In this document: one piece after another, positions 47,838-60,696 of the stretch | How positions within the stretch are numbered: position 1 is the stretch's first letter | Layout: every line of letters begins with the position of its first letter | Assembly (NCBI RefSeq): GCF_964204645.1 | Contig: NC_134027.1 | Span: 15,966,485-16,030,484, forward strand | Direction: 5' to 3' | Length of the DNA stretch: 64,000 bases | Source of the DNA: Tubulanus polymorphus | Taxonomy: Eukaryota > Animalia > Nemertea | Notes under the pieces: generated by a model | Told to the model about the DNA's origin: nothing | Database searches by the model: none | What the model saw: the letters and a program-made list of their open reading frames with translations, nothing else | Translations under genes and position numbers: made by a program

Positions 47838-50156
47838 TATGGTGGCTGATAAGGGCCATCCGTTAAAAAAAAAACGTGAATATGCAAATGAGGTCGACAT
47901 TACGACAAAACGAAAAAACTAAAATAACGCGACAAAACAATAATTTTGGTTTTGTCGCCCGCGACATTTCAATATTTTGGTTTTGTCGGCCGCGACAATT
48001 CATTTTTTTGTTTCGTCGCCCACTATATTAGCTTTTGAATAATTAGGCCAATCAATAATGTAATAAAGACTTATGCTTTCGCCTATTTTGAAGTTGATTA
48101 ATCTGATATAGTGTCGATTATTAAGGTCATTTGGCAGATTCTTTTTTTTTTAATAAAGTGATATTAAAGCGAATATTCAAGTGATCTTACTTAATGAATG
48201 ATCACATATTATTTCTTTTTCTAAAGATGTACGAAAGCTTATATGGGACCCGTACAAAACCGTCGCGACCTTTTATCACCACGAAATTATGTCGAAAAAA
48301 CGTGATATATCGCGATTTATCGACATAATTAAGTCGGTATATCGTGTTAATATCACGATAAATCGTTATACGGATCAGGGTGTTCGAACTTCGCTGAATC
48401 ACTGAATCGCTGAATTGTATGTAAATTATCATTTTTTTAAAAAATTTTACTGATTTTTTTAAAGCAATTGTAAAACGAACAATGTATAATAAATTATAAA
48501 TCATATAAGTGGTGCCATATTTGATGATAGTAACGCTTTTGGAGCAAGATAAAAACACTTTGCAGACGCGGGCCAGGACCAAAATGTAAGTTTATTTTTA
48601 TTACATTCAGCAGTCAACAATCTAAATTCTGCTGGTACGTCAAATAAAATTTTATGTTATCAAATAAAGTACCTGTATTCATAGTTTTTTCAGTATTTCT
48701 GTCTTTTTTGGTGGAAGGTTTAAGAAATTTGGTTCGGCTTTGGTACTACACGTATGAGTTATAATATTTATGCGTGGTAATATTCTCAGGTGAATAAGCC
48801 GAATGGGGGTCCACAGAGCGAATCATATGTGATCATTTTCGTTTAAACCGTTGTTGTTTTAATGGGAATTCCTCTGTTGAATTTATCACATGTAATACTA
48901 CCGATGGGCGATACGACTATTGCTTAAATATTGCCCTTTCTTCACAGAGAAAATGGTTCTCACCGCTCGAACGCCACCGTTGTACATTTACCTGTATCAG
49001 TTTCTATTCTATGGTACAAGTTTACATGACCCGAAGTACCGGTGATAATCGCCGAAAGCCGTTACCGCAAAATACTACGTCCGTTACCGTAGTCCGTCTA
49101 ACTGGATTTTTTCGAATATGTAACGAAATTTCTCATTAAATCGATCAAATAATTAATTGTCTTTAGAATTTGTAAGATTTACATAGATTCAGCGTATTTT
49201 AGAATCAATTCATTGATTCAGCGAAATTAATATAATAATCAGCGTTTCAGCGGTTCAGCGATTCAGCGAAGTTCGAACACCCTACGGATCACGCCTTTCG
49301 CCAATGTCGATGTCTGTATCTCAACATAACTGTACCGTCGACATATTATCACTACTTTTGCTAAAATGTCGTGATACGTATGACAATTTATTGGGGCAAT
49401 ATCGCAAAAAGTCGACATAAAAATCCTGACATTCAAATAAGGTCTACCTAGTTACATCGATATATTGAGATAGTTATCCTAATTTCAATAAGGGGACGCA
49501 TACTTAATGATGTTTAATGTTAGATGAATATGAAAGAAGAAATAAGGTTGGCAGAAAAATTAAAATGACTTTATCATCACCAGAATCTGGTGGACATATG
49601 GAATGTTGGGGTTCAAGTAGAATGACTCCAAATGCTGGCCCAAATGCACAATAATAGTGTTCGGTACATGGTCGCCGTACTAAATAGGTCATTTTGCATC
49701 AATACTTTGTCATGATTGATTTGCGGCATGCGACAAAACCAAACTATTGAATTGTCGCGTGCGACAAAACCATAATATTGAATTGTCACGGGCGATAAAA
49801 CCAAAATATTGAATTGTCGCGGGCGACAAAACCAAAATATTGAATTGTCGTGGGTGACAAAACCAAAATATTGAATTTTTGCGGGTGACAAAACCAAAAT
49901 ATTGAATTGTCGCGCGCGACAAAACCAAAATATTGAATTGTCATGGGTGAAAAAACCAAAATATTGAATTGTCGCGGGCGACAAAACCAAAAAATTGAAT
50001 TGTCGCGGGTGACAAAACCAAAATATTGAATTGTCGCGGGCGACAAAACCAAAATTATTGTTTTGTCGCGTTATTTTAGTTTTGTCGTTTTGTCGGATGC
50101 CGCCCTCATTTGCATATTCGGGTTTTTTTCGCGCATGTCCCTTATCAGCCACCATA
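47838..50156. mobile_element. Non-autonomous TIR element with 31-bp subterminal tandem repeats
   Basis: TATGGTGGCTGATAAGGG at both ends in inverted orientation; ~180-bp arms; array gacaaaaccaaaatattgaattgtcgcgggc at 49730-50050. Confidence 0.8.
48378..49282. mobile_element. MITE with 9-bp TSD
   Basis: TIR GGGTGTTCGAACTTCGCTGAATC; TSD TACGGATCA on both sides. Confidence 0.88.
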
Positions 50157-50439
50157 CTTTAAAGATTCAAATATGTCTGAAAGGTAGTTGATCAAAGCGT
50201 CTTCACTACTTCCCTCAAAATGTTATAAAATGTGTAAAAAGTGGTGATTTTGGCGAACAACAATGGCTGTCAGTCGGCCATCTTGTTTCTGACAGGGCCA
50301 GTTTTTGGGCTGAAGATGTGTCTAGTGTAGATACATGTGTAACCCAAATATGAAGACATTGCATCGAAGTGTCTTCAAAACTTCCCAAAATCCTAACTGG
50401 ATTCCGTCTACTGGCGGACGGATGAAAAGTGAAAATCTA

Positions 50440-53400
50440 CAGGGCTGCCAACCTTTCAAAATTCCATTTAGGGATGAATGGCAGATTAATTAGGAATATT
50501 GAAGGTTTCAATAGGAATATTTTGAAACCGAAGAAATTGTGACTTTTCCAAGTAGGAATATTTTGCTTTCAATTAGGAATACCTTTCACGTGTAATATAT
50601 GAAAGCTGGATATGAAAATATGGAATTATCTAGCAGCAAAATAAAAAATAAGCAAGTTCTGCAGAATGTATTTTTTCTTTATTATTTTATGAAAGATGAA
50701 ATTATCTATTAGCAAAATAAAAAATCAGCAAATTCTACAGAATGAATTTTTTCTTTATTATTTTATGAAAGATAAAAATCAACAGTGTTTGTCAAAAATA
50801 TACAATAGACTAAAAAACAAGAACATAAAACTGGCATAAATTGTCAAACGAATTACATAACACTATACAGCTGTCATGTGACAGATTGCAATATAAACCC
50901 TTAAAATGGAAATACTGTCCTGGCATACTGTACATAGATTGCCTAACTTAAATACAACTACAGTCATGGGTCAAATTTCAACTCTAACTGTTTTCATCTT
51001 GCTAAAATAAAAAAATATTCAAATCAACTATTATTATTGAAATCTAATTTAGATTCAACTCCAGAATACTGATAACTCTACTAATTTGAGATTTTCACAT
51101 TTTTTTCAGAGACAAGAGTCAGTCAGTATAGACCAGAGACATAAGTCACCATTCAGATTATTTAGTTTGTAGCAATATTATTCAAAGCATTATATGTCGC
51201 ACTTTTCACTTTCTTAAGCAAATCTGAGGATGGTTGATTCTTTAATGGTTAAATTCTTTCGCAGCCAGCATTACTGACTGGTACAAGCAATATATGACAC
51301 ATCATCCTTGGCAGCAATCTGAAAAGTATCGACCCAGCATCATCCAACATCTTATGTATGATTTTCCATCGTGTCTCAACAGTCACTTCTTTTGATTTTT
51401 CATCGGCCCTTGCTGGTGGACTATGGAAACCAGATGGAAAGTCATCGGCATGCAAATTTTGGAAGTCAGCGTATTCTCCAAGAATTACAGGGAATCTGTC
51501 CATGAAGTATATCACTGACTGGAACGATCTAACCTTACGCATCAGTGGATCAGCTACCTACAAAAATTTGATTATCAATCGTTACACAAAAGTTGATTAG
51601 TCTATGAAACAATACAATTACGAAAGAATAAATACTCTTTTGAGTTCTCAAATTCAATGAATATTACCTCAGCATGACTCCAAAGAGGCTGGTCTTTTGG
51701 ATTCACCTTCTCCTTCAGGTAGGTGCAGGCAGCTGAATAAAACTTCACAACATCCTGATAGAATTTCTTCTTGGTTTCGTCAGTGACTGTTTCCATCAAT
51801 TTCCGAGCCTCTTCCCCTATGAACAGGTCTTTTTTGTCTTTTATATTATACCTAGGGGTAAAGAAAATTATCATAAATACATATGCAAGGAGCTGAATAA
51901 AAGTTACATCAGACAGCATTAATAATAGTTAACAGCAGAAGAAGTAGTGTAATGCAAATGAAACTCACTACATTTCTTTATGTAAAAGAATCTACTCCAG
52001 TGAAAAAAATTTATTCACGTACAAAGGAATTACAATGACACTGGATGGATGAAAAATACCTTGAGGTGAAATCGATTGAGTAAGGTGTACAACCCTGGTT
52101 AAATGCTGCTGGCTTGCATATACAGAGAAGTAGTCTGTACATAAGTCGCTCCAAAATTTGTTTCACTTTGTGAACCAATGCACTTTCAGTTTCAAGGTAT
52201 CCATTTGTGCACTCAAACATCTGTAAAAAAAGAAATCATAAGAGCTTGTGAAATTAAATCTTTTATCAGTAAGAAAGACCCTATAAAACACAAAAAAGTT
52301 TATAATCCTAATTATTTAGGGTTATGACTTGGTGATATAATGCTTACCGAGATTGCTTTAATCAGAAATGCAGTGTATAGTTTTGATGTGCGTCTCTGGA
52401 AAAACTTGTGTAATTTAGTTTTTATCGCTCCTGCGGTGACAGGGCCATCATCAAAATCGTCGAGAAACTCTTGATCATCATCTCCATCAGTATCATGGCC
52501 TATCTCTTTCGCAAAATATCTCCTCAGCGCTTCCCATTGTTCCAGCATCCTGCTAAGGGCTGGGCCCATACTGAGCCAGCGTGTAGCCACATGCTTCAGT
52601 ATCGTATGATCTGGCAGGCCGCATTCCTTCTGGATGGTTTGAAAACTTGCAGATCTTTTACTCGTTTTGGTTACATACCAATGCAGCTGGCGTAATAGAT
52701 CATCGAAGTCAAATAAAAGCTGTAAACAAAAGATATGCGCACCGATTTCAAACGATGAAAGTATAACAATGGTACAGCAGAATAGCAACTACAAGTTTCT
52801 AGAACTTTAACTTTATTGAGTTTATGTCATTTGATTATGTGTAAACCATAAAGCAGCACGTGTAAGCTGAACGAATAAGGCTATCCTATCTGAGTTGATG
52901 AAAATTAGAAGATGGTGAAATTACTACATATTGAAAATGAAATCAAAAGTAAAATCTTAGTTACCTTAATGGCTGTATTCAGGCCTTTCTTCAATGCTAA
53001 ATTGAGCAAATGATTAACGCATCCAGCGAGGTGTACCTCTTTTTGGTGATCTCTAACATATTTTATTACATCCTTGTGTCTTCCAACATTGCTATTTGTG
53101 TTATTACACACAAGCGAAAGTAGATTCTCCCATGGTATAGCGTTCACTTCTAATTCTGCTTTGATTATATTAAATATTGCCTCTCCTGTGTGCGACTGAT
53201 TCTATATTGGGTTAGCTAACAGGTCCAGTTTTGTTTCTAACTGTTCATCCACATATCTCGCAACGATTGGATAATATGTCTCTTGTTTGTACGTAGAACC
53301 ATCTACACCAAGAACAAAGGGAGATGATTTCAATCTCGATACAGTAGATGACACGATATCAGTTGCAACCGCATTCACAATATGAGTTGTTTTGGTGCGA

Positions 53401-54339
53401 CCGCATTTATAATTCGTAGCATTCGGATGGCCAGGGAACATATCTCTGAATAGCTGCCCAGCCTTATCGGAAACTGCGAGAGGTAAACTGTTCATAACCA
53501 CAAAGACTGTGAATAATGTCTCGGCCTTGATCAAACTTTCTTTCTCCTGGGAAGTACTAAAAAACTTCGTGATTTTTTCCACATTAGCGGCTGACTTGTG
53601 TTTTGTTGTGGAATAATGTTTTTTTTCAATATCATTAAGGCCACCATGCGATATGCTGATATGCGAACCACATCTATCACAGTATGCGTAATAATGGCCT
53701 AGCGAACTAGGTTTAATAAAAGAATATTTCTGAGAATATTCGTTCTTAAACCTCTGCTTCGTTTTACTAGATTCATTTTCATTGGTTTTTTCGGAGGCTC
53801 ACGACCGGAGATTGGTGCGGTTTCTGACATTTTTCATACTTTACTATCGTTTTTCTGACTATTTCCGGATCGTTCCAGAATAAATTAGAATTGCTTTTCC
53901 AGAAATTTCCGGATCTATCCAGAAAGCTGATCTCGTAACGGCACGGGGGGGGGGGGGGGATGCCGCGGAATTCCGGAAAATCGGAATTATTTTTCCAGAA
54001 ATTTCCGGATCGTTCCAGAATAAATTAGAATTGCTTTTCCAGAAATTTCCGGATCTTCCCAGAAAGCTGAACGGCACGGAGGGGGGGGGCGGTGTACCGC
54101 GGAATTCCGGAAAAATCAGAATTATTTTTCCAGAAATTTCCGGATCGTTCCAGAATAAATTAGAATTGCTTTTCCAGAAATTTCCGGATCTATCCAGAAA
54201 GCTGATCGGCACGGAGGGGGTACCGCGGAATTCCGGAAAAATCAGAATTATTTTTCCAGAAATTTCCGGATCGTTCCAGAATAAATTAGAATTGCTTTTC
54301 CAGAAATTTCCGGATCGTTCCAGAATAAATGGTCACCTG
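50440..54339 (-). mobile_element. hAT DNA transposon
   Basis: CAGGGCTGCCA and TGGTCACCTG ends; subterminal tandem repeats at 53860-54330; transposase inside. No TSD found. Confidence 0.75.
51160..53830 (-). pseudogene. Intron-containing hAT transposase
   Basis: BED finger YCDRC..SHGGLNDI..KH, CGRTK, VDGST, GCVNHLLNL, TRWLS, PVSNAGCERI. Confidence 0.88.
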
Positions 54340-54387
54340 GATACCATAACAAAGTTTTACCGTTTTGTGTGAATATAAATTGATAAA

Positions 54388-57300
54388 ATGGCGTTTTATT
54401 TACGTCTCGGAGAACTGTGTTCTTTTTTGAAAGCATCAGAGCTTTTCCCTAAATGTATGCCAAATCGATGGAAGCATTTTTGTACATATCTTGGAGCTTC
54501 TGAGGACATTTCAAACGATGAGACGAATAGTACGTATATAATGGTAGGAAACAGTAGTCGCTTTTCATCTGTTAGGACATTCGAAAAAAAATGAAATGTG
54601 CTGCCGTGATCTTTATGGGGTCATTAGTCAACAATATCCGGATATACTTAGGATGGAGACTATTCACAAAGATATAATTTATGGGACTGTGTCATCCAGA
54701 AGAGATGGTTTTAAACCAATCGTGCTAATGCCGCCGTTACAGATGTGTTTGTTTTGCGATCGAAAAATAACTTTGAGAAATGAACCGTCTTTTCCACATG
54801 TATTTACGAAAACCGGAGTTCACATAGCGGCTTCGTTTTCTGGAGAATGTAGGCATTGTGTGAACAAGAAGCTTTTATATCACCCGCAATATTTCACAAT
54901 GAATGGAATGAAGGACGAGCGTTATTATTATGAAAATCCAAACGAAACCTATTTTCTATCAACATCTCAAACCGCGTTTTCAATTGATTATCTTGAACAT
55001 GTTTCCGTCTCGATAAATCATTTCGGGACCTCTTTCAAAGCGCTCGCGGACGCCTACAACGAAGAACACGAAAATGCGAACAAAACAAGACTGCACTGTT
55101 CATCGGTCTTTTCGCGTACTCCTACAAGTGATGGTCAAGATGATGCGATAAATTGGTACCTGAATGAACTCAGACTCGAAGAAGCGTGGTTTTTGTACAG
55201 AATAACTAGGGAATCAAAACTGAACTACCCAAACCTGAAGACGCCAATATCAAATTTCAAATACTTAAAGAATGGACACATCTGCAATTTGCAAACAAGC
55301 GTGGCCGGAGAGTCTTTGAAAATTGTTCCTCAATGTTGACAAGAAAGATATAGGCTACTGATATCATGCTACATTTCACATTGAGTCCATGTTAACATTA
55401 CATATACTTATAAGAAACCCACATAACAGAAACGAACTAGGATTCTAACCATCTAAACCCTAACCTAATAAGCTATGGTACTCTCAAGCATAAACACCCA
55501 CCAAAATAAACCTAACCGTAACTCTCTAAACACTAAACCCTCTAAATTCTCTCTAAAACCTTATCCCTAAACCCCCATTGAAACCTAACCCGCTAAACAC
55601 TAAACCCTAACCCCCTAAACCCTAACCCTCTGAACACTAAAACCCGCTAAAATCTAACTCTCTAATCCCTGAACACTAAACCCTAGCCCCCTAAGCCCTA
55701 GCCCCCTAAACCCTAACCCTCTAAAACCTAACCCCGTAAACCCTAAACCCAAACCCTCTAAAACCTAACCCTATAAACACTAAACCCTAACCCTCTAAAT
55801 ACTAAACCTCTAAAACCTAACCCTATAAACACTAAACCCTAAGCACTTAACCCCGTAAACCCTTACCCTCTAAACACTAAACACTAACCCCCTACACACT
55901 AACCCCTAAACCTTAACCCTCTAATCACTCAACCCTAACCCTCTAAACACTAAACCCTAGCCCCCTAAACCCTAACCCTCTAAAACCTAAACCTCTAAAC
56001 ACTAAACCCTAACCCTCTTAACACTAAACCCTAGTCCCCTAAACCTTAGGCCCCTAAACCCTAACCCTCTAAAACCTAAACCCCTAACCCCGTAAACCCT
56101 AACCCTCTAGAACCTAACCCCGGAAACCCTAAACCCTCTAAAACCTAACCCTATAAACACTAAACCCTAACCCTCTAAACACTAAACCCTCTAAATTCTC
56201 TCTAAAACCTTATCCCTAAACCCCCATTGAAACCTAACCCGCTAAACACTAAACCCTAACCATCTAAAACCTTAACCCTAACCCTCTAATCACTAAACCC
56301 TAACCCTCTAAACACTAAACCCTAGCCTCTAAACCCTAACCCTCTAAAACCTAAACCTCTAAACACTAAACCCTAACCCTCTAATCACTAAACCCTAACC
56401 CTCTAAAACCTAAACCCCTAACCCCGTAAACCCTAAACCCTAACCCTCTAAAACCTAACCCTGTAAACCCTAAACCCTCTAAAACCTAACCCTATAAACA
56501 CTAAACCCTAACCCTCTAAACACTAAACCCTCTAAATTCTCTCTAAAACCTTATCCCTAAACCCCCATTGAAACCTAACCCGCTAAACACTAAACCCTAA
56601 CCCCCTAAACCCTAACCCTCTGAACACTAAAACCCGCTAAAATCTAACTCTCTAATCCCTGAACACTAAACCCTAGCCCCCTAAGCCCTAGCCCCCAAAA
56701 CCCTAACCCTCTAATCACTAAACCCTAACCCTAACCCCGTAAACCCTAACCCTCTAAAACCTAACCCCGTAAACCCTAACCCTCTAAACCCTATAAACAC
56801 TAAACCTCTAAACACTAAACCCTAACCCTCTAATCACTAAAACCTAACCCTCTAAACACTAAACCCTAGCCCCCTAAAACCAAACCCTCTAAAACCTAAA
56901 CCTCTAAACACTAAACCCTAACCTCTAATCATTCAACCCTAACCCTCTAAACACTAAATCCTAGCCCCCAAAACCCTAACCCTCTTAAACCTAAACCTCT
57001 AAACACTAAACCCTAACTCTCTAAACACTTACCCTCTGAACACTAAACCCTAACCCTCTTAACACTAAACCCTAGCCCCCTAAACCCTAACCCCTCTAAA
57101 ACCTAACCCCGTAAACCCTAAACCCAAACCCTCTAAAACCTAACCCTATAAACACTAAACCCTAACCCTCTAAACACTAAACCCTAACCCTCTAAACACT
57201 AAACCCTAGCCCCCTAAACCCTACCCCTCTAAAACCTAAACCTCTAAACACTAAACCCTAGCCCCCTAAACCCTAACCCTCTAAAACCTAAACCTCTAAA

Positions 57301-58073
57301 CACTAAACCCTAACCCTCTAAACACTAACCCTCTGAACACTAACCCTCTTAACACTAAACCCTAACCCCCTAAACCCTAGCCCCCTAAACCCTAACCCCC
57401 TAACCCCGTAAACCCTAAACCCTAAAAACCACTAAACCCTAACCCTCTAACTCTCTAAACCCTGAACCCTCTAATTTCTCTCTAACCCTTTGAACACTAA
57501 ACCCCCTAAACCCTAACCCTCTTAACCCTAACCCTCTAAACACTAAACCCTAACCCCCTAAACCCTAACCCCTAAACCCTAACCCTCTAAAACCTAAACA
57601 CTAAACCCCTGAACACTCTAAACCCAAACCCTTTAAAACCTAAATCTATAAAATTTAACCCTTTAAAAACTAAACCCTAACCCCGTAAACCCTAACCATA
57701 TGAAACCTAACGCTCTAAACCCCCAAACACCACTCCTCTAATATAATGGGAAATAAATAGTTCGTTGCTTTGTTTATATAGAATCGCAGACAATAACGCG
57801 ATTCTTTGCGATCTAATTTTAAAATAAGCTTAGCAGTCCGGTACTCGTTATATTAAAGGTATTTGAAGAAAAAGAACGAAAGTGGATTAAACATGTGTGC
57901 GAAACGAAGGGGTGTAGGGAGGGGTACGTCACTATCGATGGCAATGAAAAGCTTCATCGGGCAATGTGTGCAGCGGATAGCCAAGTACATTTTGACGATA
58001 CAAACTCAATCAGAACAATCATAACATGTCAGAATGACCCTTCATATGGCGGGAAACACAAACCCTCGTCAAG
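54388..58073 (+). pseudogene. Cys-cluster protein resembling KDZ (CxC5/CxC6-type) transposases, split by a satellite
   Basis: CLFC..ECRHC..YF.ST.QTAF in 54596-55339; CETKGC..VTIDGNEKLHRAMC in 57895-58073. Confidence 0.5.
55445..57725. repeat. Degenerate telomere-like satellite (CCCTAA/CCCTAAA/CACTAAA/CTCTAAA)
   Basis: Directly visible, with internal block duplications. Confidence 0.93.
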
Positions 58074-58113
58074 GTAGGTGTCAGCTCTGATCACTTCAAC
58101 CTAACCCTAACCC

Positions 58114-59030
58114 GAAGACCAAAGACCGCGAACTGCGACACATCAAAAGCCAAGCTCTACGGCACCACGCCGAACGAGATCTACGAGAACAACAACGGGC
58201 CGACGAACCGCCGAAAAAGCGTTTACCGCTTATCTTACCTCACTCCGAAGCCAACCGAACCCTAGCCCGTAACATCCGAACCAGATTTACGGAACTGGCT
58301 ACGGCCACCGGCCGGTCTGACGAGGTAACCACGGTTACCGCCTACACCAAGCACAAGAGTCTCAAAGATCTCCTAACTTCGTCGCAGCTCAAACCCACGG
58401 AGCCACCCCCTCCCCGAGTCCCCTCTTCACCGCATCGTAACAGAAATACTTCCGTTGTTTCCAATTCTTCTATTTCCAGGTCTACTCAAAGAACTCCGTC
58501 AACCCGACGTCGAGGCACCGAGAAATGCAGAACACCGAGATGTCGTACGTGTCCACTCGTCCGAGAAACAACCGTTTGCCGCAGCCACAACAAAATGCAC
58601 GCGATCCGCAGCACAATTAATTGCGCGACCCGTGAAATTGTATACTGCATCGAATGCACCAAGTGCAACATGCTGTACGTCGGCCAAACCGGAATGTCTC
58701 TACGAGAACGCGTCACTCATCACGTCTCACGCATCAGAACGAAGAATTCGACTCCAGTCTCGGACCACTTCAACCAAGTCGACCACACCCGCGAACACTT
58801 TCGGGTGTACGGTCTCCAACACCTACCAGGCTCCACGAGACCGATCCGCGAAGCAGCCGAACAAGACTGGATACGACGACTCGACACGAACACGCCCCGA
58901 GGCATGAACGTCCCGTAGACCGCCTCACTACAACAATTAACTCTCACTACTTTTTTACAGGGATAACCCGCTGCCCGTGCACTAGTGGGGTCTCCAAACC
59001 TTCGGTTTGGTCCCCTAACCTCTATCTCTA
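58114..59030 (+). mobile_element. Penelope-like retroelement 3' fragment with GIY-YIG endonuclease
   Basis: TAYTKHKSLKDLL; CRTPRCRTC; NCATREIVYCIEC..LYVGQT..RERVTHH..DHFN..EQDWIRRL..PRGMN (ends 58918). Confidence 0.88.
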
Positions 59031-60696
59031 AACCTAACCCTAACCCTGGTCATTTGGTATTTTTGGTATTTTTCTACGTGACGTGTTGAGCGCTCTAGCC
59101 AACGGTTTTCTGCGCAAATTTTATCTTAAAATAGAGTTTCGGGTTTTTTCTAATGGGTAAACGCATTTTTTTGCGCGAGAATTGATTTTTTCTGAGTCTT
59201 TTGTTTTTTTTAAAAAACATGTCATTTTTTGTCCCAAAAGTGATTTCCGACGTGATTGTGATATGAGACGTGATTGAGTGATTATCGACGTGATTCATAT
59301 GTGATTATCGACGTGATTCATGTGATTATCGACGTGATTCATATGTGATTAGCAATGTGACTAGTGATAATTACCGTGATCATTTATTTGATCATTCTTT
59401 CATTCATTCGAAAGTATTCGAACATGGTGTTCCGATGAGTCTATTCACAAGTTATTATTTGTAATTAACGGGCGGTTTTGTTATGACAATTGACCTCACT
59501 CGACGTCATCCTCAATATCTCTTTCGGTCATTTCTTGTCCGGAGATGATTTTGAAGACCATGTCGCTCATCTTAGCCCCTGTTTACTTTTGGTCGAAGGA
59601 GAACTGACTTTCCCGGCATATTTTCCTATTTTCATATAGTAATGATATTTGGGATCTCCCGGAAATAGCGAATTTGAGGTTTGGCCTGTAAGTGTTTGTC
59701 TAATCGTTCGAATACGTTGAAGCAGTACCTAACCGGACAGCACTTTTTGTGAGTATTTGAAACTTTTTTTGGTTTGGATGCCACTTGGCTTGACTGTCTG
59801 ACATCATTGGCATAGTGTTCGGGTTAGATGTAGAGGCGACGACTTCTCGAACAGAATCATATTGCTATCTAATAGATAAAGAAATGAGCCAGGGTATTTG
59901 GCGCCGATCGCTGGGCCCACATTTTGAACCGAATTTATTCTGACAAACATACTGTGATTGGAGACGTGACTGTCATTTCAGAAGTGATCTGAATTCGAAT
60001 CATGAACTGGTGAAATATCTGTGATTTCAGACGTGATCTGAATTCGAATCATGGACTTGATTCACACGAGTCTATGATTTGGGATGATGATTTGAGATGA
60101 TGATTCAGGACGTGAATGATCTGGTACGTGATTCAAAGTTCGAGTCATTTTTGGAACTATTCATTTTTCAACTTGGAAACACAATTCTGCTGCTGCTAAG
60201 CCACTGTAACATTGGTGATTTGACAAGACTTTACACGATTTGGCCCTGCCGGGCTGGACCACTATGTCTTGACAATCTCAGGGCCGTTGTGGCCTAGCGC
60301 TAGCGTCGCATCCACGCTTCCTAAAACAAGAAACAGTTTACTGGTGGATCATGTTGGTACACACTGACCAGAATCCATCACTTGTTGTCCAGGCATTTTG
60401 TGTCGTGATTTGAAATGATATACATACCTTTTATAAAAACATGGTGAGGAAACTTTTTGTACCCAGAAAATCTAACCAAGTTGTACAATGCAGCACAATA
60501 CAACTAACTTCTGTCTGTCTAACCATAAATTTTGTCTGCGTACCCGAAAAACTCATTGTATACAATGAAACACAAAAGAACAAAAATACAAGCCATGTTT
60601 TGTTGTAGAATGCATATATAATTTAATAATTGAATACAATCTCATATTACATAGCTTTCACATGGATCAATTTTGAAATCATACATTTGTTACATT

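Noticed and set aside
49613-50155. Overlapping repetitive ORFs
   Set aside because: Products of the 31-bp subterminal repeat.
53859-54436. ORFs in the hAT subterminal region
   Set aside because: Tandem repeats that are open on both strands.
58500-58918. Selenocysteine-type (Naiad) Penelope endonuclease
   Set aside because: No in-frame TGA at Cys positions in the visible domain.
59400-60300. Possible degraded minus-strand gene
   Set aside because: Short interrupted frames with no recognisable motif.
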